Shown here: positions 1 through 8,628 of the stretch, one piece after another
Layout: each line of letters opens with the position of its first letter
Position numbering within the stretch: position 1 is the first letter of the stretch
Assembly: GCA_964507955.1 (NCBI GenBank)
Contig: CAZDRR010000001.1
Location: 344-64,343 of the forward strand
Direction of reading: 5' to 3'
Length of the DNA: 64,000 bases
DNA from: an uncultured Candidatus Saccharibacteria bacterium
GTDB lineage: Bacteria; Patescibacteriota; Minisyncoccia; Phycocordibacterales; JAACPR01
Translations under genes and position numbers: made by a program
The notes under the pieces: generated by a model
Told to the model about the DNA's origin: nothing
Database searches by the model: none
The model's input: the letters and a program-made list of their open reading frames with translations, nothing else

Positions 1-1
1 G

Positions 2-319
2 AACTCTCCAATCCAATTCAAAGGCACCGATTCAATCAGTGATATTTTGTCTAACTTCGGCAAGATCAAGACGAACCGCACGCTGCGGTTTACTTTGAGC
101 ATCAAGCTTGATAGCAAGATGCAAGTGGTGAATGTTCCTATCATCCCGAACAAGGATGACAAGGCGAGCGCGATGGAATCCCTAACGGAAACCGAACGGG
201 CGGAATTTGAACGCCTGACAGCGAAACTTGATAGGGAAGCGAAACGCCTTGCTAGTCTAAGAATCGACGGCGCGACTCAAGAGCGATGGACTACACGCGG
301 CGAGTGCGAGCTTGTCTAA
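2..319 (+). CDS. Hypothetical protein, 5'-truncated by the window edge
   Basis: The frame of the 47..319 ORF has no stop back to position 2 (NSPIQFKGTDSISDILSNFGK...). It is followed by a terminator and is visibly GC-richer than the rest of the window. Confidence 0.6.
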   Translation, partial: NSPIQFKGTDSISDILSNFGKIKTNRTLRFTLSIKLDSKMQVVNVPIIPNKDDKASAMESLTETERAEFERLTAKLDREAKRLASLRIDGATQERWTTRGECELV

Positions 320-332
320 CCGAATCTAACGG

Positions 333-367
333 CCCTCCCCGTCGGAAACGATGGGGAGGGTTTTTTT
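333..367 (+). terminator. Rho-independent terminator
   Basis: CCCTCCCCGTCG-GAAA-CGATGGGGAGGG forms a 12-bp stem (one G-U pair) followed by T7. Confidence 0.9.
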
Positions 368-630
368 AAAGGTTTGTTCTAACGGTTAGAAATTGAAAAA
401 CGGGCGGGGGTGGGTATTACTATGAACTACCACCTTCTCAACCATTCCACATAAATAAACAAACGAATACATCATCCATCAACCATCCCAACTAAAAACA
501 TCTTTCTTCTTGCTTATATCCCTACCTATATATATCAAGAAAAAAAAGAACCCATGGGGGTTTTCTGAAAATCCACCTTTAACAAACCAAAGCACCGAAT
601 CTCCGAGGCCTAAAAAAAAGGGGCCACCTA

Positions 631-900
631 TTATTTCTGGCACTCTTTGTCCCGAATACCATTTTTATAAGTGAATCCTCCCGTTTCTATGTCTATGGAG
701 AATTCTTTACAAATATCCAAAACAACCCACCTTGGAGCATCTGTTTTTGCTTCCCTCCATAAAGGAATATGCCCCGTTTTGAATTTTCGGTAATAGATTA
801 AACTAAAGCCCCTCTTAAATAATTCATTAAAAAAGATATCTTCAAGAAATGAATGCTCGCTTTCCGTAGCCCGCAAGGTGAAAAAACATCCTTCTTTCAT
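631..900 (-). CDS. Hypothetical protein
   Basis: 89-aa ORF with an ATGA overlap to the upstream gene in a tandem leftward run. Confidence 0.55.
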   Translation of the reverse strand: MKEGCFFTLRATESEHSFLEDIFFNELFKRGFSLIYYRKFKTGHIPLWREAKTDAPRWVVLDICKEFSIDIETGGFTYKNGIRDKECQK

Positions 901-1175
901 TTTTTATCTTCTCTAGGAGCGTAAAGTGTTGGAAAGTTTTCGGGCATCTTATGGATTTTTTTATAGTCCGTTTGTCCTATACTATCATTATATTGAATAA
1001 ATTGAACAATATAAGCGTAAGCATCCGCCAATCCCCTATCTCGGGATCTCATTATTTCAGGCCGAGAAACATCGTTGGCCCGAGAATCATTTTGTTGATA
1101 ATGATAAAGGGCGGCAAAATAAACATTCTCCAATAATTTTTTATGTGATAGTTTTTTCATGTTAAATCCTTCCAA
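897..1175 (-). CDS. Hypothetical protein
   Basis: 92-aa ORF, tightly packed with its neighbours. Confidence 0.55.
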   Translation of the reverse strand: MEGFNMKKLSHKKLLENVYFAALYHYQQNDSRANDVSRPEIMRSRDRGLADAYAYIVQFIQYNDSIGQTDYKKIHKMPENFPTLYAPREDKK

Positions 1176-1573
1176 GCCGTATTTCTCTGAACTCCTTCAC
1201 AATCACAAACATCATAAGAATAATCGGTATGATCGTGACCTGTGGCAATGTATTTTTGCATGATTGGTTTCTCGCAACAAGAACAAACCCAGCATCCATA
1301 CATTTTCCTTGTAGTAATGTTTATGCCCATTTCTTTCCAAACCGCCTTTGCTTCATGAAGCGCGGATGTTTTGACATTTCTATCATAATCCATCTCAAAA
1401 ATAGGAACTTCATTAGTGGCCCAAAAATTCTCAATTTCTTTTATTCTCCTATGGACATCTCTAACCTCAGATTCGTAATGTTCTTTTAAAGATTTCAGGC
1501 TGTCTTTTTGTCTTTGGATATCCTCTAAAATTCTTTTTTTTTGTTGGGGAGTTGTAGAAACTTTTATTTTCAT
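1157..1573 (-). CDS. Hypothetical protein (N-terminal coiled coil, Cys-rich C-terminus)
   Basis: 138 aa; CWVCSCC...CDC suggests metal binding. Confidence 0.6.
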   Translation of the reverse strand: MKIKVSTTPQQKKRILEDIQRQKDSLKSLKEHYESEVRDVHRRIKEIENFWATNEVPIFEMDYDRNVKTSALHEAKAVWKEMGINITTRKMYGCWVCSCCEKPIMQKYIATGHDHTDYSYDVCDCEGVQRNTAWKDLT

Positions 1574-1574
1574 T

Positions 1575-1808
1575 TTAAGCAGTTTTTTTGGTTGTTTCTT
1601 CTTTTACGAAAGGAATGATATTGTTTGGCTTAATCGAAATTTTGAAGTCAATAATTTCGGCAGGGGAAGCCGCCGAAAACATAAATTCACCATTCTCATT
1701 CATCAATCCCTCTATTTGCAAAAGTTTGGCCAGATTAATCAAAATCTCCACTACTTGAGCGGCCTTGTCTTCGGGAGAAAGTTCCACTACATCGTTATTT
1801 TCACTCAT
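1575..1808 (-). CDS. Hypothetical protein
   Basis: 77 aa, directly behind a sigma70-like promoter. Confidence 0.65.
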   Translation of the reverse strand: MSENNDVVELSPEDKAAQVVEILINLAKLLQIEGLMNENGEFMFSAASPAEIIDFKISIKPNNIIPFVKEETTKKTA

Positions 1809-1813
1809 ACCTT

Positions 1814-1841
1814 CTTATATTCGACCCCTAGAGAAAGTCAA
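1814..1841 (-). promoter_or_regulatory. sigma70-type promoter, probably leaderless
   Basis: TTGACT-N16-TATAAG-N5-ATG on the minus strand. Confidence 0.55.
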
Positions 1842-1849
1842 GAATTTTT

Positions 1850-2314
1850 TCAATCAAAAAGCAATGATCCAATATCCACCCCAAAAGAATACAAGGAAGT
1901 AAAAACAAAATCTTCTTTTCTCAGAATGGCTTTAAAAATATCATCGCAATCTCTTCTTGATAAAGGAAAATCATCTTTTTTGTGAAATTGTAGTAGCGCA
2001 TCATGGGCTAAGGAAGCAAAAATAGTGGCCTTGAAATCTGGCGCTCCAAACCACAAACCGAAAATACAATATTTTGGAGTGCATCCATCCCATTGATAAC
2101 CCTTGTGAACGATCATTTCATATGCTTTAAGGGTCAGGAGAGGATTACCGTGTTTGTCGCGATAAACAATTTTATTTCCTATTGGCAATATTAATTCAGA
2201 GCTTTTAAAAGAAATGTCGCATAATGTTTCAAAACGATATTTAAAGAAAATATCCTTTGGATCACAATATTTAAAATTCTGATTTACTACTGGAGATGGA
2301 CATAGAACGTTCAT
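1850..2314 (-). CDS. DUF1353-like protein
   Basis: The pattern GYQWDGCTP...ASLAHDALLQ...CDDIFKAIL resembles the DUF1353 family. Confidence 0.6.
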   Translation of the reverse strand: MNVLCPSPVVNQNFKYCDPKDIFFKYRFETLCDISFKSSELILPIGNKIVYRDKHGNPLLTLKAYEMIVHKGYQWDGCTPKYCIFGLWFGAPDFKATIFASLAHDALLQFHKKDDFPLSRRDCDDIFKAILRKEDFVFTSLYSFGVDIGSLLFD

Positions 2315-2595
2315 GATTCGGTATATTTTCTAATTCCCATAATAACATGATCCGCAATCCAGCAAGCGGCTGCAACAGCAAATCCAAATTCCAATGCTTT
2401 GTCAAGCGATAAATCGCGAATAACCCAATTAATCCAGAATCCAATATGGAACCCCAAACATAAAGAGCAAGAAAACAATTTTTTGAAAAAGTCTATTCGC
2501 GACAAGAATTCTCTTATTTCTTTCAGGATGCTTCCATATCGCAGGACAAAGCATAGCCCGATATAAAACAGATATTCTTGTATGAACGCTTCCAT
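2311..2595 (-). CDS. Small membrane protein, DUF1360-like
   Basis: Hydrophobic helices with an LFSCSLCLGFHIG (CxxC) motif. Confidence 0.55.
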   Translation of the reverse strand: MEAFIQEYLFYIGLCFVLRYGSILKEIREFLSRIDFFKKLFSCSLCLGFHIGFWINWVIRDLSLDKALEFGFAVAAACWIADHVIMGIRKYTES

Positions 2596-2774
2596 TATTT
2601 TTGTTGAATTTTAATTAGAGCTTCTGGCAAAAACGCGGCTTGTTCTGGAGTTAAAACAGCTACTCCTCCAAAATCATCCACAATTTTAATAAAACCATTT
2701 TCCTCTACGGAAATGACTGGACAATTACCTGAACAACATATGGAAACTGCGGTTTCTGAAATTTTTTTAATCAT
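2595..2774 (-). CDS. Small Cys-containing hypothetical protein (59 aa, below the ORF-track cutoff)
   Basis: MIKKISETAVSICCSGNCPVISVEENGFIKIVDDFGG...; TAATG coupling to the next gene; GTGTAA motif 8 nt upstream. Confidence 0.65.
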   Translation of the reverse strand: MIKKISETAVSICCSGNCPVISVEENGFIKIVDDFGGVAVLTPEQAAFLPEALIKIQQK

Positions 2775-2858
2775 ATTGATGATTACACTTTAATTTTAGT
2801 CGAAATAATTTAGAATTTTACTGATAAGTAAATTATCTATAAAGTGTAAAAATAACAG

Positions 2859-3614
2859 ATGCAATCTACTTCTTCCCGTCCAAAAAAGGGCGCAATCAAA
2901 AATGATATCGAGTCTTCGTTAGAAGCAAATTTCAAAGAGTTCGATTTTAAACTAAAGAAAAGGGAATTCAAGTTTACAGACAAGCAAAAATCCTTGATAG
3001 AATTGATCAATAGAGAAGGAACAAAAATTGTCCTTATTGAAGGCCCCGCAGGAACATCCAAATCCATCATTGGAGTATATTGTGGTCTGATGCAGTTGAA
3101 GGAGAAGCGAGTAACCAACATTATGTATCTTAGATCTGTTGTTGAAAGCGCACAAAAATCAATGGGATATCTCCCAGGTTCGTCCGACGAAAAATTATCA
3201 TTCTTTACGGCAATTGTAGATGATAAATTATCTGAACTTGTGGAACCTCAAGATATCAGCGGCTTTCATGCCAAGAAAAAACTTGAGACGATGCCCCTCA
3301 ATTATATCCGTGGGTGTAGTTGGAGAAAACAATTCATTCTTGCTGACGAAGCGCAAAACTATAATCTAAAGGAACTATTAAGCACCATGACTCGTATTGG
3401 GGAAGGAAGTGTTATGGTTATCTGTGGTGATAGAACCCAATCTGATATCAATAACAGCGGATTTGGGCAAGTTATCGAGATTTTCGACAACGATGAGGCT
3501 CGTTCAATGGGCATTCATACTTTTCAATTTACAGAAGACGATATTGTTCGTTCAGAAATTGTTAAATTTATTGTAAAAATGTTTAAAAGTGTGGAAAAAA
3601 AAGAAAAAGTGTAG
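2859..3614 (+). CDS. phoH: PhoH-family ATPase
   Basis: GPAGTSKS Walker A, MGYLPG, YIRG, ILADEAQN, GDRTQSD and DIVRS motifs. Confidence 0.93.
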   Translation: MQSTSSRPKKGAIKNDIESSLEANFKEFDFKLKKREFKFTDKQKSLIELINREGTKIVLIEGPAGTSKSIIGVYCGLMQLKEKRVTNIMYLRSVVESAQKSMGYLPGSSDEKLSFFTAIVDDKLSELVEPQDISGFHAKKKLETMPLNYIRGCSWRKQFILADEAQNYNLKELLSTMTRIGEGSVMVICGDRTQSDINNSGFGQVIEIFDNDEARSMGIHTFQFTEDDIVRSEIVKFIVKMFKSVEKKEKV

Positions 3615-3657
3615 ATTATTAGTGTATGGATGCAACAATCCTGCGTAATAATCTACT

Positions 3658-4038
3658 ATGAATAAAGAATTCTGTATGTCGTGTGGCCACAAAAATCTCT
3701 TTGAGATTAATAGGCCGAAATTCTGTGCTGGATGTGGATCGCCATTGAATACAAGTTTGGCGTCCATTACTAAAAGTAATTCTCCTTCCAAACAATCGTC
3801 TGATGATGAAGACTCTTTGGAAGAATTCGATTTGGAAAGTATTGATATCAATGCTATGCGCAATGGTATTCAGTTTGAAGGATTAGGTCGCAAAGTTTCT
3901 TTGGATGATCTGTGGCGTTCTCCAGCACCAAGCGATGGCACCCGCCGTCCACCAGCAAAAGGACCAGAAGGCAAGGAATTGCTGAAAGTCGTGCAAACAG
4001 AATGCGGTCCATCCAAATCAAGAGATATTGATGAGTAA
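3658..4038 (+). CDS. Double zinc-ribbon protein
   Basis: FCMSCGHKN...KFCAGCGSPL followed by an acidic tract. Confidence 0.7.
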   Translation: MNKEFCMSCGHKNLFEINRPKFCAGCGSPLNTSLASITKSNSPSKQSSDDEDSLEEFDLESIDINAMRNGIQFEGLGRKVSLDDLWRSPAPSDGTRRPPAKGPEGKELLKVVQTECGPSKSRDIDE

Positions 4039-4711
4039 TTTCAAATTTGAAGATAAAATAGATGATATCAATGATTTGCTATCCCGATATAGGGCTAAAT
4101 GGCAATTGAATGCCATTGCGTGGATGGATTATGATGATGTGTGTCAAATAATCCGTCTTCATTTTTATAATAAATGGCATTTGTGGAATCAGGATATGCC
4201 ATTCAAACCTTGGGCGTCAATGGTAATATCCAACCAGATGAAAAATATCGGTAGGAACAATTATTCCAACTTTGCCAAACCTTGTTTGAAATGTCCGCAT
4301 TTTCTTGGCAATGATGGTTGTGGGTGGACTAAAAGTGGAGTTCAGGATGAGGAATGCCCAGCAATGAAAAAATGGAAAGCTAAAAAAGAAAAAGTATATA
4401 ACCTGAAATTACCCCTTCCAATAGAAGAAGGGATCTTTATCGGACAAACTCATAAAGATGATCATTTCGACTATTCTTCTTCTGTGGATAGGCTACACGC
4501 TTCCATCATGGCGAAATTGAATGACAAGCACAAAATTATTTATGAAATGATTTATATTCATGGTAATACTGATGAGGAAATTGCGGAAAGATTCAAATTT
4601 AAATCTGATCCATCCAAACGCAAGCGCACACGTTATAAGCAAATAGCAAATCTAAAAAAGAAATTTTACGAATTGGCTGCAAAAATTTTAGAAGAGGAGG
4701 ATATCATATGA
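4028..4711 (+). CDS. Phage sigma-factor-like protein with a Cys-rich insertion
   Basis: Region-2-like DYDDVCQ...FKPWASMVISNQMKN and region-4-like HTH (LNDKHKIIYEMIY...EEIAERF), separated by CLKC...C...C. Confidence 0.6.
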   Translation: MMSNFKFEDKIDDINDLLSRYRAKWQLNAIAWMDYDDVCQIIRLHFYNKWHLWNQDMPFKPWASMVISNQMKNIGRNNYSNFAKPCLKCPHFLGNDGCGWTKSGVQDEECPAMKKWKAKKEKVYNLKLPLPIEEGIFIGQTHKDDHFDYSSSVDRLHASIMAKLNDKHKIIYEMIYIHGNTDEEIAERFKFKSDPSKRKRTRYKQIANLKKKFYELAAKILEEEDII

Positions 4712-5772
4712 ATGAGGAATTCCAATTAACGGATGAACAAAAAGCTCAAATTCTGGAAGAGTTCAAAAAAAATCCAGATTTAAGAACTGTTGTCCAAGCC
4801 GTTTTCAATAATCCTGCCATAGATGGCCGTAGTGTTCAAGGTAGGGCCGTAAGATCATTTTTGGCAGAACAAAATAGACCCTATAAAACATCTCTTTTTG
4901 AACGTGCGGATTATGTTGAATTCACTTCCGAACAGAAAGAGTTCATGATGAGCAATAATGTTGAGGCGGGAATGAATGCCTTGGAAGTTGCTCGTTTGAC
5001 TTTCAAAGATAATAACATCGCTTCTTTAAGCCTTAAACATAGGGCTGTTTCTGAATTCTTGACGAAATACCGTCCAGAGATATTGGACGAAAATACAATG
5101 CTTGCTACGGAAAAATGGATAGCCCCAAAAGCTTTGTCAAGAGCTATAAAAAAAGTAAATGATTTTACTGGTAGCGAATGGGATGAACTAACCATGCCTA
5201 CCAAAATAAAAAGAAACTGCGAAAAGCTTTTGATTTATTTAAGAAGCCCTAGATTTTGTAGTTTAATCAATCAATTCAATACTGTCGCGGACAGGGAATT
5301 GTTTGAAAGCGAATTTGTCAGAGTTGTTTGGGATAAGGCTGATTTGACAAACGATGAATTAAATCTATACATTACTGTTTGTGCGAACTATATACGACAA
5401 AAAAATATCCAGTCCAGATTGGATAAATTGAATGCTTTATTGGAAGATGCGGAAAATGAACGTGATATTACTCTTCGATTGACTGAAATCATCAAGGCAA
5501 CCAGCGAAGAATTGAACCAGTGTGAAAAACGTATTGAGTCAATGTTGAAAGATCTAAACGGAAGTCGCACCAACCGTTTAAAAGCTCAAGGGGAACAAAA
5601 CTCCAATATTTTAGCTCTCGTTCAAGCATTTCAAGATGCGGAAGAACGTAGTCGTATGCAAAAAATGGCACAAATGCAAAATAGTTTAATTGAAAAAGAG
5701 TCGAATCGTTTAGAATCTATGGATGAGTTCAAGGCCAGAATCCTTGGAATAACGAAACGAGAATTATTATGA
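4708..5772 (+). CDS. Coiled-coil protein, candidate terminase small subunit or DNA-binding protein
   Basis: Two tandem HTH-like N-terminal repeats, a long coiled coil, and position just upstream of the large terminase. Function is inferred only. Confidence 0.4.
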   Translation: MNEEFQLTDEQKAQILEEFKKNPDLRTVVQAVFNNPAIDGRSVQGRAVRSFLAEQNRPYKTSLFERADYVEFTSEQKEFMMSNNVEAGMNALEVARLTFKDNNIASLSLKHRAVSEFLTKYRPEILDENTMLATEKWIAPKALSRAIKKVNDFTGSEWDELTMPTKIKRNCEKLLIYLRSPRFCSLINQFNTVADRELFESEFVRVVWDKADLTNDELNLYITVCANYIRQKNIQSRLDKLNALLEDAENERDITLRLTEIIKATSEELNQCEKRIESMLKDLNGSRTNRLKAQGEQNSNILALVQAFQDAEERSRMQKMAQMQNSLIEKESNRLESMDEFKARILGITKRELL

Positions 5773-6710
5773 GCAATGTTTGTTTGGAATGCGGCAAGGA
5801 TTTTCCTTCTTTAAGGGCTTTACATGGGCATCTTAAAGCTCACGAAACATGCATCGGGGATTATTATGTAAAAAATTTCCAAAGAAGGGATTTGCTCACA
5901 AAAGATCTTCTCCAATTCACTAATTATGATAAATATTTCAATGAAGATTTTTCTTCTTACGAGAATTATTTGAATTGGATTAGAACCGCTCCACAACAAA
6001 CAGTCAAGGAATATATTGTCAAAAAAGCTAAAACCAAATTTGTTGAAAAAAATATACGAAAAGCCCCTCCAGACCTTTATTATAAATTAGGCAAAATGGC
6101 TGGAGTAAATGAATTGAATGTCCATTTTGGCAATTACGAAAATTTTTTGTCGGAAATTGGATTGGAGAATCATTTTAATAAAATGCTTCCAGATGAATTT
6201 TGGGAAACGAACTGTGCGGATATTCCAATCTGGATTGATACCAGAGAACAAAACCCCATTCATTTCCACAATGGTTTTTTTCATAAATTGGATTTCGGGG
6301 ATTATACAACTAATGGTAAATTATATTCAAAAACATTCATAGATAGAAAGGCACAAGATGATTTTAGAGGAACATTTGGAAAAGGTATCGACAGGTTTAA
6401 GAAAGAAATGGATCGTTGTAAGGATTTTGGCTCTTACATGTTTGTTGTGGTCGAATCTAGCATCAATAAAATCGAAGAAGACAACCGATCTTCGCGATTT
6501 AAAAGTAATCTGGAATTTGCATGGCACAATGTCAGGGAATTGATGTTGGATTATCCAGATAATATACAGTTTATTTTCGCGCACTCCCGCGAGGGAGCTA
6601 AAAAGATCATTCCTAAAATTCTGTATTATGGTAGGGATTTATGGAATGTTGACCTGCAATTTTTCTTAACAAAACGAATTAATGAGTTGGCACAAAGGAA
6701 TTCAAAATGA
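5769..6710 (+). CDS. C2H2 zinc finger plus ERCC4 (XPF/Mus81-type) nuclease
   Basis: CLECGKDF...LHGHLKAH; IDTREQ, GDY, IDRKAQDDF and VVVES motifs. Confidence 0.78.
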   Translation: MSNVCLECGKDFPSLRALHGHLKAHETCIGDYYVKNFQRRDLLTKDLLQFTNYDKYFNEDFSSYENYLNWIRTAPQQTVKEYIVKKAKTKFVEKNIRKAPPDLYYKLGKMAGVNELNVHFGNYENFLSEIGLENHFNKMLPDEFWETNCADIPIWIDTREQNPIHFHNGFFHKLDFGDYTTNGKLYSKTFIDRKAQDDFRGTFGKGIDRFKKEMDRCKDFGSYMFVVVESSINKIEEDNRSSRFKSNLEFAWHNVRELMLDYPDNIQFIFAHSREGAKKIIPKILYYGRDLWNVDLQFFLTKRINELAQRNSK

Positions 6711-8577
6711 ACGCCTAGAGTTCTCATCCGCAGAGTTGGATAAAGAACTTGAAAAGTATGATGGCAAGCATATGTCGGAAGAAGATGCCAAATATTGGCT
6801 ATATCGTTTCTTGCGCAATAATGTAACTTATTCTGCCGAACTGTTCTTGGGCGTTAAATTATTCCCGTTCCAATCCATGGCAATCAAAGGAATGTTGATT
6901 TCCGATTATTCCATGTTTGTTTTTTCCCGTGGTATGTCCAAGACTTATTCTACGGCTATTTATATTTTAATGGAGTGTTTGCTTCACCCGAAAGCCAATA
7001 TTGGCGTTATCGCGGGATCATTCCGTCAGGCGAAGATGATTTTCCTAAAAATGGAAGATATTTTATCGAAACCAGAAGCAAAATTAGCTAGAGATTGTGG
7101 TTTCAAAATCACAAAAGGAACAGACATGTGGACTTTGGAACTAGGTAATAGTAAGGCTATTGCTTTACCTTTGGCTAATGGAGAACGTCTTCGTGGTTTC
7201 CGTTTTAATAGGATCGTTCTTGACGAGTTCATCACTATTCCAGAAAAGATCTTTACCGAAGTTATTCTTCCTTTCATTGGTGTTATCGAAAACCCTACGG
7301 AAAGAGAAGATTTGTATAATTTGGAAAGTCAGTTGATTGATGCGGGTGGAATGACGGAAAATGACCGTTATGTTTGGCCAAATAACAAATTAATCATTCT
7401 TTCTTCTCCCTCTTATAAATTTGAATACATGTATAAATTGTATAAAAAATATGAGGCTTTAATTTTTGGAGAGGACGCTTCTCAAGAGGATGATGATGAA
7501 GATACTGTGGATAATGCTTATCGGCTTATCATGCAATTAAGTTATGAGTGCGCTCCAGTAAGATTATATGACCAAAACTTGCTCAAGCAAGCTAAAGCAA
7601 CAATGTCCGAAATGCAATATGCAAGAGAGTTCGGGGCGCAGTTTGTTGATGAAAGTGATGGTTATTATAGATTGTCTAAAATGTCTGCCTGCACGATTCC
7701 AGAAGGGGAAAAACCTCATGTGGAAATTGTAGGCAATCCAAAAGATGAATATACTCTTTCTTTTGACCCTAACTGGGCTGGAAATAGCAGCGCCGACCAT
7801 TTCGCAATGCATGTTTTCAAGCTTTTAAGAGATGAACAAAAAGCCGTTCTAGTTCATAGTTATGCTATAGCTGGAGTGGATTTGAAACTACATATGTTTT
7901 ATTTCTTATATCTATTGACTCACTTCAATATTGTTGGAATGTGTGGTGACTATAACGGTGGGCTTCAATTCATCAATTCCTGCAATGAAAGCGAAATCTT
8001 TAAAAAGGCAGGAATTAATATTAAATTAATAGAAGTAGATTTGGACAAGCCAGAAGTCTATCATGATGATCTTTTAGAAATGAAGAATCAATATAATTTG
8101 AAAGATCGTCGTATTTGTATCTTGCGCAAACCAACTTCCAATTGGATCAGAATTGGCAACGAAATGCTTCAAGCCGCAATTGATCATAAACACATCTTAT
8201 TCGCATCAAGGGCTGTGGAAGAGGATTTTGATATCCAAAGGAAACAACATTTGCCAATCGAACAATTAAAATGGGATCTTGGGGTGCCGAAATCATCTCC
8301 AGATAGTCTGAAAATTGATTTTCTTGATCACCAAAAAACAATTATTGAATTAACAAAAACCGAATGTGCGAATATCGAAGTTGTCTCCAATCCTCAAGGT
8401 AGCCAATCTTTCCAATTGCCTCAAAATTTAAAAAGACAAACTGGACCTAATCGCGCCCGCAAGGACTCTTATTCAGCATTGGTCTTGGGTAACTGGTTCA
8501 ATAAGGTATTCTTTGATATGGGTAAGGTCAAGGCAGAAAAGCCACCAACAGCAACGTTTATTCCATTTACAATCTGA
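6682..8577 (+). CDS. terL: Terminase large subunit
   Basis: LFPFQ Q-motif, SRGMSKT Walker A, LRGFRFNRIVLDEF Walker B, nuclease SFDP...DHF and RKDSYSAL. Confidence 0.92.
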   Translation: MSWHKGIQNERLEFSSAELDKELEKYDGKHMSEEDAKYWLYRFLRNNVTYSAELFLGVKLFPFQSMAIKGMLISDYSMFVFSRGMSKTYSTAIYILMECLLHPKANIGVIAGSFRQAKMIFLKMEDILSKPEAKLARDCGFKITKGTDMWTLELGNSKAIALPLANGERLRGFRFNRIVLDEFITIPEKIFTEVILPFIGVIENPTEREDLYNLESQLIDAGGMTENDRYVWPNNKLIILSSPSYKFEYMYKLYKKYEALIFGEDASQEDDDEDTVDNAYRLIMQLSYECAPVRLYDQNLLKQAKATMSEMQYAREFGAQFVDESDGYYRLSKMSACTIPEGEKPHVEIVGNPKDEYTLSFDPNWAGNSSADHFAMHVFKLLRDEQKAVLVHSYAIAGVDLKLHMFYFLYLLTHFNIVGMCGDYNGGLQFINSCNESEIFKKAGINIKLIEVDLDKPEVYHDDLLEMKNQYNLKDRRICILRKPTSNWIRIGNEMLQAAIDHKHILFASRAVEEDFDIQRKQHLPIEQLKWDLGVPKSSPDSLKIDFLDHQKTIIELTKTECANIEVVSNPQGSQSFQLPQNLKRQTGPNRARKDSYSALVLGNWFNKVFFDMGKVKAEKPPTATFIPFTI

Positions 8578-8628
8578 AATTGAAAGTTGAAAAGTGACTT
8601 TTGAAAGTTTTAGTGTAACTTTTAAAGC

